NCBI GenBank assembly: GCA_049860595.1
Contig: CP187551.1
Length of the DNA: 64,000 bases
Direction: 5' to 3' (one strand)
Source of the DNA: Methanocaldococcus sp. 16A
GTDB lineage: Archaea; AGJL01; Methanococci; Methanococcales; Methanocaldococcaceae
Position numbers and translations under genes: made by a program. Shown here in pieces: positions 43,435 to 57,773 of this stretch; position 1 is the stretch's first letter; the number at the start of each line of letters is the position of its first letter. Under the pieces are notes generated by a model, which did no database searches, was not told where the DNA came from, and saw only the letters and a list, made by a program, of their open reading frames with translations.

Positions 43435-44787
43435 TCATAAAATTACATTATTTAGGCTATAAATGTATTTTCTCCTATTAAATTTCTCTTTTATCAAACC
43501 ACAGAATATTAGTTTATGTAATTCATTGTAAAACTCTTTTGGTGACATACCTTTTTCTTTTGCAAGCTCTAAAAATCTTCCTTTACCTTTAATTGACCCA
43601 TATTCTTTTAAAATATCTATTAACTTACTCTCAACTTTCATATCAAATTCTTTTAAAATTTTATTTATTCTATCCTTTATATTGTCTTCTTTAAGCTCTT
43701 TAATTTTTTCTTTTGGTGCATAAATGGAGATATTCCATAATCTCATTTCAGAAGGTTTTAAGCTCTGAGCTAATGGAGAAACTTCATCTAATCTCTTAAC
43801 TCCTTCATCCAAAATTATATAGACATTATGCTCTTCCATTTTAGGAATTGGATAGATGTCAATAAATATATCGCATCCAAATTCCTCATAGAACCTACTT
43901 TCCAATGATAATATTTGTTTTTCATCTAAATTAACAAAAATCCATTTTTCTATTGGATTTAAATCAAAATATCCATAGGTTATGAGATTTTTATAAAGAT
44001 TTCTTTTATCTATCCTTTCCATCAAATAGTTGTTAGAGTTTCTTAAAAATGCCACTAAAGCAATATCATCCATATTAGCTAAATCTTTTATATTTAAATT
44101 TTTTTCTCGTATTTCTTTTATAACTGCCCTTTTCATCATTGTATCAGCTATTCTAACTGTTGGATGCATATAGACAGCTGAGTACATTTGATGCCTCGCT
44201 ACTAATAACGATTCAATTGCCTGAATACCTTTCTTTAAAATTCCTAATTTAATCTTTCCAAAATGTTCAAAGGTTGTTATTGCTCTCAAAATTCTTGGTA
44301 AATCTATCATTCCATAAGCTGTTCCAGTGTGATAACTATCTCTTAACAAATAATCCATTCTATCTGCATCAACATCTCCTGAAATTATTTTTCCTTCTAA
44401 ATTTTTCCTACTTAGAGTTTTTATAATTTCATTTTTTGAAAAATTTTCCAAATCCATGTGTTTAATTTTCTTTCTACCAAAATTTTCATGGTTGTAGCCA
44501 CAAATTTCCAATGTATGAGAAAATGGAGGATGCCCAATATCGTGTAATAATGCTGAAACTCTTGTAAGTTCAACATCAGCATTAATTTTCTCTGCTATCT
44601 TTGATGCAATAAACATAGTTCCTAAAGAATGCTCAAATCTTGTATGATTTGCTGACGGATAAACTAAGTGTGTTAAACCTGTTTGTTTTATGTTTCTCAA
44701 TCTCTGAAATTCCTCACTATCAACAATCTTTAATTCATTTTCATCTAAATATATGTCTTTATGAATAGAATCTCTAATAACTTTCAT
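43435..44787 (-). CDS. HD-domain phosphohydrolase (SAMHD1/dGTPase-like)
   Basis: FQRLRNIKQ, HTRFEHSLG, LLHDIGHPPFSH, DADRMDYL. Confidence 0.88.
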   Translation of the reverse strand: MKVIRDSIHKDIYLDENELKIVDSEEFQRLRNIKQTGLTHLVYPSANHTRFEHSLGTMFIASKIAEKINADVELTRVSALLHDIGHPPFSHTLEICGYNHENFGRKKIKHMDLENFSKNEIIKTLSRKNLEGKIISGDVDADRMDYLLRDSYHTGTAYGMIDLPRILRAITTFEHFGKIKLGILKKGIQAIESLLVARHQMYSAVYMHPTVRIADTMMKRAVIKEIREKNLNIKDLANMDDIALVAFLRNSNNYLMERIDKRNLYKNLITYGYFDLNPIEKWIFVNLDEKQILSLESRFYEEFGCDIFIDIYPIPKMEEHNVYIILDEGVKRLDEVSPLAQSLKPSEMRLWNISIYAPKEKIKELKEDNIKDRINKILKEFDMKVESKLIDILKEYGSIKGKGRFLELAKEKGMSPKEFYNELHKLIFCGLIKEKFNRRKYIYSLNNVIL

Positions 44788-44824
44788 CTTCTCCCAGATT
44801 TTTATTTACTGTTATTGTTTTTAA

Positions 44825-46636
44825 TTATTCATTTTTATTCTTTTTATTTTTATCTTTTTTCTGATTTTTTCTCTTTTCCATTTGCTCTATAATCCATTTA
44901 TAAATAATTCCTTTATATCCAACCATTTTAAATCCTTCTAATGCCTTTTTCCAATTTTCCTCCTCTCTATATAAGCAGATGGCTTTTTGAATCTTTTTCT
45001 CTTTATAAGTGTATGGAACATAAACTTTCTCGTTAGTTATTGGATTTATGCCAGTGTGATACATTGTAGTTGATAATGTCATAGGAGTTGGAGTGAAAAC
45101 TTGCACTTGCCTTGAATAGCAGTTATTTTTATGGATGAATTCTGCTAACTCAATCATCTCTTTAATAGAGCAGTTTGGATGGGCAATAAGCCAATATGGC
45201 AAAACTTCTTTTATTCCATTAACTTTTTCAGCTATTATTCTATATTTCTCTAAAAATTTTTTAAATAACATTCCGTCAGGTTTTTGTATAGCTTTACAAA
45301 CTTTTTTAGAGATATGTTCAGGAGCCACCTTCAATCTTCCAGAGACATGATATTTAGAGAGCTCTTTTACGTATTCCTCTCCATATTCCTCATCATACAG
45401 TATTAAATCATATCTAACTCCACTTCTGACATAAACTTTAGTATCTTCTCCAACAATATCCCTAATTTTTCTATAGAGTTTAATTAGTGGTTTGTGATTA
45501 ATAATTAAATTTTCACATGGCTCAGGATAGAGGCAATTTTTTGGACATTTATGGGCTATTTCCTTTTTACATCCCATTCTATACATATTTGCAGTTGGAG
45601 CTCCAATATCTTGAATAACTCCTTTAAAATCTTCATGATTTAACAGCTTTCTAATTTCCTTTAAGATGCTTTTTTCACTTCTATTTTGAATAACCTTACC
45701 TTGATGATGTAATATTGAGCAAAAAGAGCAACCTCCAAAACATCCTCTATGTGTTACAACTGAAAACTGAACTGGAACTAAGCCAGGAACATAAGAATAA
45801 GAGGGATAAGCTCTTCTCTCAAACGGCATCTCATATATTTCATCCATTTCCTTTTCAGTTAAGTAAATAGGTGGAAATTGGATTAAATATTGATTTCCAA
45901 CTTTTTGATAAATAACTTTATCCATTGTCATTAATTTTCTATGCATTTCAGCGTATTTTTCTTTACTATTTGCAACTTCTTCATGAGAAGGGAGTTCTTT
46001 AACTTCATATTTTTCCTTTATCTCATCTAACTTTTTTTTATTAGCTCTAATTACAGTTCCATTTATTTCTAAATCTTTTATGTTCTCTCCATTTTCTAAT
46101 GCTTTAGTTATTGATAAAATACTCTTCTCTCCCATTCCATACATCAAAATATCTGCTTTAGCATCAATTAAAACACTCTTTCTAACTTTATTATCCCAAT
46201 AGTCATAGTGAGAAAATCGTCTTAAAGAAGCTTCAATCCCACCTAAAGCTATTGGAACTCCTTTGAAAGCCCTTTTTATTAAATTGGTATAAACAATTGT
46301 AGCCCTATCTGGCCTCTTTCTTATACCTTCATTAGACATTGAGTCAAAATCCCTCAACCTTTTTTGAGGAGTGTAATGGGCAAGCATACTATCCAAATTT
46401 CCAGCAGTTACTGCAAAAAAGTAATTTGGTTTTCCTAATCTCTTTATATCATCTAAATTTTTCCATTCTGGTTGAGATATTATTCCAACTCTATAACCAT
46501 GCTCTACCAAATATCTCCCAACAACAGAAGCTCCAAATAGATAATGGTCTACATAGGCATCTCCAGTAACAATAATAACATCTAATTCTTCCCATCCCCA
46601 TTCATCCATCTCTTCTTTAGTAGTAGGCAAAAACAT
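44825..46636 (-). CDS. YgiQ/UPF0313 radical SAM protein
   Basis: MFLPTT, TGDAYVDH, RGCFGGCSFC, APEH. Confidence 0.88.
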   Translation of the reverse strand: MFLPTTKEEMDEWGWEELDVIIVTGDAYVDHYLFGASVVGRYLVEHGYRVGIISQPEWKNLDDIKRLGKPNYFFAVTAGNLDSMLAHYTPQKRLRDFDSMSNEGIRKRPDRATIVYTNLIKRAFKGVPIALGGIEASLRRFSHYDYWDNKVRKSVLIDAKADILMYGMGEKSILSITKALENGENIKDLEINGTVIRANKKKLDEIKEKYEVKELPSHEEVANSKEKYAEMHRKLMTMDKVIYQKVGNQYLIQFPPIYLTEKEMDEIYEMPFERRAYPSYSYVPGLVPVQFSVVTHRGCFGGCSFCSILHHQGKVIQNRSEKSILKEIRKLLNHEDFKGVIQDIGAPTANMYRMGCKKEIAHKCPKNCLYPEPCENLIINHKPLIKLYRKIRDIVGEDTKVYVRSGVRYDLILYDEEYGEEYVKELSKYHVSGRLKVAPEHISKKVCKAIQKPDGMLFKKFLEKYRIIAEKVNGIKEVLPYWLIAHPNCSIKEMIELAEFIHKNNCYSRQVQVFTPTPMTLSTTMYHTGINPITNEKVYVPYTYKEKKIQKAICLYREEENWKKALEGFKMVGYKGIIYKWIIEQMEKRKNQKKDKNKKNKNE

Positions 46637-46862
46637 AAAATATCACGTTTTTTTGGCTATATTTTTATTAAATAGAAATATAAAACAAAATTTTATTTTT
46701 AATATTTATTAAGATTTATTTAACTTATAAAAATTAAACTATGGTAGTAAAATTACGATAAAAATTAAAATTAATAATATAATTCATCATCTCGTAGCTT
46801 CTAAACCATTTAATATTATTTTATTCCAATAATATCCCTGAAGTGCCATAATTGGTGTAATA

Positions 46863-48545
46863 ATGGCAGAGAAAAAAATTATAACAAATGAGGAATTTAT
46901 TGATAAATTTATAAAATGTTTAGAAAATGGGGAGGATTTTGGATTATCTAATGCAATTGTTGAAGGAGATGTTTCAATTAAAGATATTTATGAAAAGATT
47001 AAAGATAGGGAACTAAAAGGCTGTAAAATTGATATAAAAAATGATGAAGATACTAAAACAATAATAATATCTATTAATGTAAATATTCACATAGATAATG
47101 TTGAATTTTATGGAAAATTTGAAATGCTCTATGGAGGGGTTGAAGTCAATAGAAAGTTTGAAAAGCTCTATATTAGGGGCATATTAATAAAAGTAATATT
47201 TAATAAAGATATAACATTTCGAGCTATATTTAAAAGAAGTGCAAATTTTAGGGGAGCTAAATTTGAAGGGAGGTCAGATTTTGGAGGTACTAACTTTAAA
47301 GGATTAGCAAATTTTGGAGATGCTGAATTTAAAGGAGATGCATATTTTTTAGGGGCTGAATTTGAAAATGAAGTAATTTTTGGGAGAGCAGAATTTGAAA
47401 AAGCAGTAAGTTTTACAAATACTATATTTGAAGGAGAAGCAAAGTTTTGGGAAGCTGAATTTAAAGGAGAAGCATATTTTATGAAAGCTATATTTAAAAA
47501 AAAGGCAAATTTTATAGGGGCTACATTTGAAGGAACAGTAAATTTTTTGGATGTTAAATTTAAAGGAACAGTTAGTTTTATAGAAGCTATATTTATATAT
47601 GGGATATTTGAATATACCACATTTGAAAAAGATGCCAATTTTAATAATACAAAAAATTTAAAATTAAAATTTAATAAATCAACATTTAATAACATCGCAG
47701 ATTTTAGGGATATTTGTTTTGGCTTATTATCTTTTGTTGATTGCACTTTTAAAGAGGCTGGAATGTTTAAGAGAAATAATAATATAGAAAAAAAGAAGAT
47801 AGATAATAAAATAAAAAAAGTAAATGAACTATTGGAAAAAATAAAAAATCATATAAAAAAATATGGAAGTTTTGCAATATTTTTAAATGTTCAATTTTTA
47901 AATAATCATACAAAAATAGAGAATTTTCCATTATCAAAAACATCATTTTTAAAAACTGATGTTAGAGAAGTTATGTTATTATGTGAAATAACTGATGAAA
48001 AAATACTAAGCCATTATCTTTATGAAAAATACAAAAATAATACTAATGAAAATAAAGATAATGATATTTATTATGAAATATATAAAAGACTTAAGAATCA
48101 TTTAAATGAGTTTTCAATTATTGCTGAATATAGAAATATAAGATTATCTATTGAAAACAACAGAAGCTATGAAGAAGCGTCAAAGATATATATAAATGAA
48201 ATGAAATTTCGTGAAAAATTTACAAAGAATAAGCTTGAAAGATACGCAATAGAGTTTTATGGTCTTATATCTGATTACGGAGAATCTATTGAGAAAATAG
48301 CATATAATATTTTTAGAACTTTAATTGCTTTTACATGTATAGTATTTATCATTAAATATGATGGAAACCTATATAGAACATTTGAAATTGCCTATATTTC
48401 ATTTATTGAAGTTTTAAGAGTTTATTTACAATTAAAAACAGAAGATGAGCGTTTATATATATTAGAGCCTTTTATAAGAGTTACAGCATTGGTTTTGTTT
48501 GGTGTTTTGTTCATAGCTATTAGAAGAAAATTAAGTAGAAAATAA
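46863..48545 (+). CDS. Pentapeptide/11-residue repeat beta-helix protein with C-terminal membrane domain
   Basis: About ten AxFxGxAxFxx repeats; YGLISDYGES followed by TM helices. Confidence 0.8.
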   Translation: MAEKKIITNEEFIDKFIKCLENGEDFGLSNAIVEGDVSIKDIYEKIKDRELKGCKIDIKNDEDTKTIIISINVNIHIDNVEFYGKFEMLYGGVEVNRKFEKLYIRGILIKVIFNKDITFRAIFKRSANFRGAKFEGRSDFGGTNFKGLANFGDAEFKGDAYFLGAEFENEVIFGRAEFEKAVSFTNTIFEGEAKFWEAEFKGEAYFMKAIFKKKANFIGATFEGTVNFLDVKFKGTVSFIEAIFIYGIFEYTTFEKDANFNNTKNLKLKFNKSTFNNIADFRDICFGLLSFVDCTFKEAGMFKRNNNIEKKKIDNKIKKVNELLEKIKNHIKKYGSFAIFLNVQFLNNHTKIENFPLSKTSFLKTDVREVMLLCEITDEKILSHYLYEKYKNNTNENKDNDIYYEIYKRLKNHLNEFSIIAEYRNIRLSIENNRSYEEASKIYINEMKFREKFTKNKLERYAIEFYGLISDYGESIEKIAYNIFRTLIAFTCIVFIIKYDGNLYRTFEIAYISFIEVLRVYLQLKTEDERLYILEPFIRVTALVLFGVLFIAIRRKLSRK

Positions 48546-48592
48546 ATCAAATCATAAAATATTAAAAAATAAAAAAATGAAAGATTAGGGAT

Positions 48593-51340
<2,748 letters not shown>

Positions 51341-51421
51341 TTAAAATAATATACCGTTGAAGTTCTATATAAATTTTTCGATTTTGTTCATATTTATTGC
51401 ACAACCATACTCAATCATAAG

Positions 51422-51775
51422 CTATTCAGGGATATCCAATATATGGAACTGATAAACCCTTGTAAATCCGCAATTTCTACATCTTACAATCATCTTAGTC
51501 TCTGTTATTGCTATATCTTGTATGGCTTCTTTTTTACAGTTAAAGCAAACCGCTAATTTCTCTAAAAACCATGGTTCATATTTATGTTTTTTCTTTTTTT
51601 CTTCTTCTATTATGCTTTCATCCTCAATCCCCACTCTTCTTAAAATATAATATCTTGTAGCTCCGCAGTTAGAACACTTAACAAACGCCTGATTTGCATA
51701 AATTTCTATTATTTGGTCTACTTCTTTCTTACAGTTGAAGCATACTGCTAATTTTTTTAACTCCCATTTTTCCAT
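51422..51775 (-). CDS. Tandem double zinc-ribbon protein
   Basis: Two copies of KLAVCFNCKKE...CxNCGxTR. Confidence 0.75.
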   Translation of the reverse strand: MEKWELKKLAVCFNCKKEVDQIIEIYANQAFVKCSNCGATRYYILRRVGIEDESIIEEEKKKKHKYEPWFLEKLAVCFNCKKEAIQDIAITETKMIVRCRNCGFTRVYQFHILDIPE

Positions 51776-51922
51776 AAAATCACCAACTTCTACACAGTTA
51801 CCAAACACATTGAAAAACTATTCTATTCTATATAAAAATTATAAAGCTAAATTATATATACTATTTTTGATTTGATTTAATAATTCTAAATTTATATAGT
51901 TATATATTTTATATAACTAATT

Positions 51923-52855
51923 GTGAGGGAAATTATGATATGTAGTTGTGGAAATGAAGCATTTTACTATCAAAAATATTCAAACAAGTATTTATGCAAA
52001 GAATGCTTTAAAAAAGATATTGAAAGAAGAGCTAAAAAAGTTTTGGGAAGAGATATTATAAGAAATAATGTTAAAATAGGTATTGGAATTAGTGGTGGAA
52101 AGGATAGCTTAGTTATGGCATTAATTTTAAAAAAGCTTTTTAAATATATTCCAAACGCTAAGCTAATTTGTTTTTTTATTGATGAGGGAATAGAGGGTTT
52201 TAGGGAAAAAGCTAAAGAATACATTAAAGAGTTTTGTGAAGAGCAGGGATTAGAGTTGAAGATTATAAAATTTAAAGATGAAATTGGTTATACGTTAGAT
52301 GAAATTGTAAAAAATGATTATTTAAGTGAATTAAATATTGGAAAGCCATGTTCCTTTTGTGGAGTTGTTAGGAGGTATTTATTAAATAAATATGCATTAA
52401 AAGAAGGATGTGATTATTTGGCAATAGGTCACAACTTAGATGATTTCTGCCAAACAATTTTAATGAACTATGTTGAAGGAAATGTAAAAAATATTATTCA
52501 GTTTGGTAAGGAGTTTGAAGGAGAGGGGTTTGTTAAAAGGATTAAACCACTAAAATTAATCCCTGAAGATGAGGTTAGGTTGTATGCTGATATAAACAAT
52601 ATAAAGTATCAAAAAGAGCCATGCCCTTACTCATCTTTATCTTATAGGCATAGAATGAAGAAGGTAATTAAAATTTTAGAAGAAGAAAAACCAGGAGTTA
52701 AGTTTAGTATATTAAGAGGGTATGAAAAGCTCTTGAAATATATAGATGTTAAAGAAGATGTTAAAAGATGCGAGATTTGTGGATTTCCGTGTAGTGGAAA
52801 TATTTGTAAGGTATGTTCGTGGCTCATAAAATTGAAAGAGATTAATAGAGACTAA
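51923..52855 (+). CDS. tRNA 2-thiolation protein (NcsA/TtuA/Ctu1 family)
   Basis: SGGKDS PP-loop, CSFCGVVRR, GHNLDD, CPY, terminal Zn fingers. Confidence 0.85.
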   Translation: MREIMICSCGNEAFYYQKYSNKYLCKECFKKDIERRAKKVLGRDIIRNNVKIGIGISGGKDSLVMALILKKLFKYIPNAKLICFFIDEGIEGFREKAKEYIKEFCEEQGLELKIIKFKDEIGYTLDEIVKNDYLSELNIGKPCSFCGVVRRYLLNKYALKEGCDYLAIGHNLDDFCQTILMNYVEGNVKNIIQFGKEFEGEGFVKRIKPLKLIPEDEVRLYADINNIKYQKEPCPYSSLSYRHRMKKVIKILEEEKPGVKFSILRGYEKLLKYIDVKEDVKRCEICGFPCSGNICKVCSWLIKLKEINRD

Positions 52856-52922
52856 TATAATAAAAAAATTATTACATTATTTTATTTACTTACGTTAATG
52901 GATAACTTTTTGGTGGTAACTT

Positions 52923-54860
52923 ATGATAGGAGATTATGAAAAATTTAAAAAACTTAAAAAGAAGGTAGCTGAATCATTAAACATTAGTGAGGAAGAATTG
53001 GATGAAATGATTAAAGAAAAAATTAAAGAATTTGGAGGAATTTTGCTAAAAGATGCCGCTTTAATGATGATTGCAAAAGAACATGGCATTGATATTGATA
53101 AAAAAGAAGTAGAGGAGTTTTTAATTAAAGATATTGAAGAAGGACAGATAAATGTTGAAATTACTGGGGTTGTTACAGATGTTTCTGATGTAAAAACATT
53201 TACAAGGAAAGATGGAAGTGAAGGAAGATATAGAAGAATAATTATTGCTGACAAGTCAGGAACGATTAGAATGACTTTATGGGATGAATTGGCTGATATG
53301 GATATTAAAGTTGGAGATATTTTAAAAATAAAGAGGGCAAGGGCAAGGAAATGGAACAACAGGATGGAGCTTAGTTCAACATCAGAAACAAAGATTGAAA
53401 AGTTAGAGAACTATGAAGGAGAAATTCCAGAGATTAAAGATATATATGATATAGGAGAGCTAAGCCCAGGAATGACAGCAACATTTGAAGGAGAAGTTAT
53501 TTCAGCACTACCAATAAAAGAATTTAAAAAGGCAGACGGTAGTTTAGGAAAATTAAAATCATTTATTGTTAAAGATGAGACAGGAAGTATAAGAGTTACA
53601 TTATGGGATGAGCTAACAGATATTGATGTTGGTAGAGGAGATTATGTTAGAGTTAGAGGATATGTAAGAAATGGTTACTATGGAGGATTGGAATGCACAG
53701 CAAGTAATGTAGAGATATTGAAAAAAGGAGAGAAAATAGAGAGTGAAGAAGCAAATGTTGATGATTTATCAAAATATGAAGATGGGGAGTTGGTTACAGT
53801 TAAAGGTAGAGTTGTTGCTATAAGCAGTAAAAGAATGGTTGACTTAAATGGAGATACTGCTAAAGTTCAGGAGCTTTTATTAGACAATGGTACTGGTAGA
53901 GTTAGAGTATCATTTTGGAATATAAGAACTGCTTTATTAGAAAATATAAAAGAAGGGGATTTAGTGAGGATAACAAACTGTAGAATAAAAACATATTATG
54001 ATAGAGATGGGAATAAAAGGGCTGATTTAGTGGCAACTGCTGATACTGAAGTTGTTAAAGATGATAGCATTGAAGCTCCAGAGTATGAGATAAAATACTG
54101 CAAAATAGAGGATATTTATAATAAAGATGTTGATTGGAACGATATAAATTTAATAGCCCAAGTTGTTGAAGATTATGGAATTAATGAAGTTATGGTTGAA
54201 GATAAAATAAGAAAAGTAAGAAATTTAATTTTAGAGGATGGAACTGGAAGAATAAGGTTGAGATTATGGGATGATTTAGCTGAAATGGACATTAAAGAGG
54301 GAGATATAATAGAGATTTTACATGCTTATGCTAAAGAGAGAGGAGATTACATAGATTTAAACCTCGGAAGATATGGAAGAATAATTATAAATCCCGATGG
54401 AATTGAAATTAAACGTAATAGGAAATTTATAGCAGATATCGAAGACAATGAAAGTGTCGAAATTAGAGGAGCTATTGTTAAAATATTGAGCGACAATCTT
54501 TTCCTTTACCTATGCCCAAATTGTAAAAAGAAGGTTGTAGAGATTGATGGCATCTATAACTGCCCAATTTGTGGAGATGTAGAGCCAGAAGAGATTTTGA
54601 GATTAAATTTTGTTGTAGATGATGGCACAGGAACTTTGCTGTGTAGAGCTTATGATAGAAGAGTTGAGAAGTTGTTAAAGATGAATAAAGAGGATTTAAA
54701 GAACTTAACTATAGAAATGGTAGAAGATGAAATCTTAGGAGAAGAATTTATTCTATATGGAAATGTTAAAAAAGAGGATGACAGATTAGTTATGATTGTG
54801 AGAAGAGTTAATGATGTGGATGTTGACAAAGAAATAAGAATATTGAAGGAGATGGAATGA
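52923..54860 (+). CDS. rpa: Replication protein A (multi-OB fold + Zn finger)
   Basis: Repeated D.TG.IR.TLWD OB motifs; CPNC...CPIC. Confidence 0.92.
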   Translation: MIGDYEKFKKLKKKVAESLNISEEELDEMIKEKIKEFGGILLKDAALMMIAKEHGIDIDKKEVEEFLIKDIEEGQINVEITGVVTDVSDVKTFTRKDGSEGRYRRIIIADKSGTIRMTLWDELADMDIKVGDILKIKRARARKWNNRMELSSTSETKIEKLENYEGEIPEIKDIYDIGELSPGMTATFEGEVISALPIKEFKKADGSLGKLKSFIVKDETGSIRVTLWDELTDIDVGRGDYVRVRGYVRNGYYGGLECTASNVEILKKGEKIESEEANVDDLSKYEDGELVTVKGRVVAISSKRMVDLNGDTAKVQELLLDNGTGRVRVSFWNIRTALLENIKEGDLVRITNCRIKTYYDRDGNKRADLVATADTEVVKDDSIEAPEYEIKYCKIEDIYNKDVDWNDINLIAQVVEDYGINEVMVEDKIRKVRNLILEDGTGRIRLRLWDDLAEMDIKEGDIIEILHAYAKERGDYIDLNLGRYGRIIINPDGIEIKRNRKFIADIEDNESVEIRGAIVKILSDNLFLYLCPNCKKKVVEIDGIYNCPICGDVEPEEILRLNFVVDDGTGTLLCRAYDRRVEKLLKMNKEDLKNLTIEMVEDEILGEEFILYGNVKKEDDRLVMIVRRVNDVDVDKEIRILKEME

Positions 54861-54930
54861 CAAAAAATAAATAATTTTCCAAATATTATTTTCTAATACT
54901 CTAATACAATAGACTGTTATGGTGATAACA

Positions 54931-56232
54931 ATGATAGTTGAAAAAGTAGAGGAATATTTGGATAGAATAGAAAAAATTAATAAAGATATTAACGCATTAA
55001 TAGAAATAAATCCAGATAGAGTTTTGGAGGAAGCAAAAAAATTAGAAAAAGATGAAAAAGCTAAGAAAAAGCCATTATATGGAAAGATTATTGTAGTTAA
55101 AGCAAACATAAACGTTGAGGGCTATACAATATCCTGTGCATCAAAAACTTTAGAAAATTACATAGCCCCTTATGATGCTACTGTTATAGAGAAGATTAAA
55201 GAAAACGGTGGGTTGATAATTGGAATTGCAAATATGGATGAATTTGCCTGTGGTAGTAGTGGGGAAACTTCATATTATGGACCAACAAAAAATCCTAAGG
55301 CGAAGGATAGAATTCCTGGAGGAAGTTCTTCAGGAAGTGCTGCAGCTGTTGCAGCTGATTTATGTGATATGGCTTTAGGTAGTGATACAGGGGGAAGTAT
55401 AAGAAATCCAGCCTCTCACTGTGGAGTTGTTGGATTTAAGCCAAGTTATGGAGTTGTTAGCAGATATGGTTTATGTGACTTAGCTATGAGTTTTGACCAA
55501 ATAGGGCCTTTAACAAAAACAGCTGAAGATGCATTATTATTAACAAATATCATTAAAGGAAAAGATTTGAGAGATACAACAACAGTAGAAACTAAACCTT
55601 TCGAAAGGAGAGATATTAAAGGATTTAAAGTTGGAGTAGTTAAGGAATTTATGGAAGTTACTGATGAGAAGATAAGAGATAAGATAGAGAAAGGTATTGA
55701 GGTCTTTAAAGATTTAGGCTGCGAGATTGTTGAATTAAGCTATAAATATGTTGATTTAGCTCTACCAACATACTATTTAATTAACTATGTTGAGTTCTTC
55801 TCATCTACAAGAAGGTATGATGGAAGAAGATATGGATATAAAATAGAGGAGGTTTGTGGAGAGGAGGTTTTAAGAAGAATTATGATAGGTTCAATGATTA
55901 GTCAAAAAGAATATAGTGGTAAATATTACAAAAACGCTTTAAGAGCAAGAAATTTAATGAAAAATGAGATGATCAAGATTATGAAGGATGTTGATATTAT
56001 TATAGGGCCAACAGTTCCTAAGCTACCACACAAATTGGGAGAGAAGTTAACACCAATGGAAATGTATAGCTATGATGTTTTAACAGTTCCAGCTAACATT
56101 TGTGGTTTATGTGCAGGAGTTGTTCCTTGCGGAGAAATAAATGGAATTCCAGTAGGTTTACAAATCCAAGGAAAACCATTTGAAGATGAAAAAGTTTTAA
56201 GTGCAATGATTGCATTTGAGAAAGCATTATAA
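54931..56232 (+). CDS. gatA: Glu/Asp-tRNA amidotransferase subunit A
   Basis: NMDEFA, PGGSSSGSAAAV, GSDTGGSIRNPA. Confidence 0.93.
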   Translation: MIVEKVEEYLDRIEKINKDINALIEINPDRVLEEAKKLEKDEKAKKKPLYGKIIVVKANINVEGYTISCASKTLENYIAPYDATVIEKIKENGGLIIGIANMDEFACGSSGETSYYGPTKNPKAKDRIPGGSSSGSAAAVAADLCDMALGSDTGGSIRNPASHCGVVGFKPSYGVVSRYGLCDLAMSFDQIGPLTKTAEDALLLTNIIKGKDLRDTTTVETKPFERRDIKGFKVGVVKEFMEVTDEKIRDKIEKGIEVFKDLGCEIVELSYKYVDLALPTYYLINYVEFFSSTRRYDGRRYGYKIEEVCGEEVLRRIMIGSMISQKEYSGKYYKNALRARNLMKNEMIKIMKDVDIIIGPTVPKLPHKLGEKLTPMEMYSYDVLTVPANICGLCAGVVPCGEINGIPVGLQIQGKPFEDEKVLSAMIAFEKAL

Positions 56233-56311
56233 TAACATAATAATTACTCCATATATCTAATAAGAAGTAAATGATGCCAAAAACCTCAAAAATTCCTTAC
56301 AATATTTAATT

Positions 56312-56327
56312 CTGCAAAAGTCTTATT
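56312..56327. mobile_element. Remnant TIR of family A element
   Basis: CTGCAAAAGTCTTATT between convergent genes. Confidence 0.5.
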
Positions 56328-56982
56328 AAATCCCCTTAAAATCCTCTAAAACAACCATATTCTTTTTTGTATCATAAACAAAATAACTCTTTGGAGAAGG
56401 ATTTACAACTATTGTTTTTCCAATTTTGTCTATACATCTACTTTCATGTATATGCCCACAGGCACAGAATATTATATTTTCATTAAAATCTTCAATTATC
56501 TTTCTTATAGATTTGCTTCCAACATGAATATCATTATCTAAATCAACAATATCAGCCATTGTATTATATGGAGGAGTATGGCTAACCAAAAATATATTTC
56601 TTAAATTTTTAACCACATTTATAAGCTTATTATGTATCTCTTCTTCTGTATATTCATTAGGAGTGTTAAAAGGGGTTTTATTACTTCCCCCTATTCCAAC
56701 AAAATTTATATTGCCTATTTTTTTCACTTTTCCATCTATGTTTAAATTATAGTTATTTAACTCATCTATAACCTCTTTAGTATCACAATTTCCTGGAACA
56801 CAAAGAACTTCCATATAATCTGACAATTCAGCCAACTTTTCTATAACCTCAATTCCTTTACCAAAGTGGGTTATATCCCCACAAACAACCAAAATATCTG
56901 CAAAATCCTTAAATTCTTTAACCACTGGAGGAAGTTTTCCATGTAAATCGGTAATTCCTACAATTTTCACAATTTTCACCAT
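56326..56982 (-). CDS. Metallophosphoesterase (calcineurin-like)
   Basis: TDLHG, GDIT, PGNCD, SHTPP, GHIHE. Confidence 0.88.
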   Translation of the reverse strand: MVKIVKIVGITDLHGKLPPVVKEFKDFADILVVCGDITHFGKGIEVIEKLAELSDYMEVLCVPGNCDTKEVIDELNNYNLNIDGKVKKIGNINFVGIGGSNKTPFNTPNEYTEEEIHNKLINVVKNLRNIFLVSHTPPYNTMADIVDLDNDIHVGSKSIRKIIEDFNENIIFCACGHIHESRCIDKIGKTIVVNPSPKSYFVYDTKKNMVVLEDFKGI

Positions 56983-57103
56983 TTTTATCTTTTTTAAATA
57001 TTTTAAAAGTTTTAAAAATTTTTATTTTAAATTTTAGTATCATATTAAAACACAATAAAATTTTAATAGCTTAACATTAAAATTATTATGTGGAGGTGAT
57101 AGG

Positions 57104-57757
57104 ATGATAACATGGTATGGTCATGCATGCTTTAAAGTAGATAACGTTTTAATAGACCCTTTTGTTCCTAATCCTTTGTGTAATTTGCCTTTTGATGAAA
57201 TAATGGAAGGTGTTGATGTAATAGCAGTAACTCATGGACATGCAGACCATTTAGGTAATGCTGAAGAGTTAGCTAAAACCTACAATGTTCCAGTGGTTAC
57301 AAACCATGAGATTAGTGTTTATTTATCAGAGAGAGGAGTTAATGCAGAAGGAATGAATATTGGAGGGACTATAGAGATAAATGGAGCAAAATTAACAATG
57401 GTTATAGCTGAGCATTCATCAGACATATCTCCAACTATAAGTGGAGGAGTGGCAGCTGGATTTATTATAAATGATAGAGTTTATCATGCAGGAGATACTG
57501 GTTTATTTGGAGATATGGAGTTGATTGGAGAAATATATGCTCCACAGATAGCTTTATTACCAATTGGTGGAAGATACACAATGGGAATTGATGAGGCGTT
57601 AGTGGCTATTGAGCTAATATATCCAGAAATAGTTATTCCAATGCACTATAACACATTCCCATTGATTGAAGTTGATGTAAATGAGTTTGTGAAAAAAGCA
57701 GAGGCATTGGGAGTTGAGGTAGTAGTTCCAAAGATTGGTGAGCCAATAGATTTATAA
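57104..57757 (+). CDS. UPF0173 MBL-fold metal-dependent hydrolase
   Basis: WYGHAC, THGHADH, YHAGDT, PMHYNTF. Confidence 0.88.
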   Translation: MITWYGHACFKVDNVLIDPFVPNPLCNLPFDEIMEGVDVIAVTHGHADHLGNAEELAKTYNVPVVTNHEISVYLSERGVNAEGMNIGGTIEINGAKLTMVIAEHSSDISPTISGGVAAGFIINDRVYHAGDTGLFGDMELIGEIYAPQIALLPIGGRYTMGIDEALVAIELIYPEIVIPMHYNTFPLIEVDVNEFVKKAEALGVEVVVPKIGEPIDL

Positions 57758-57773
57758 AAAAGCTTTTATTACT

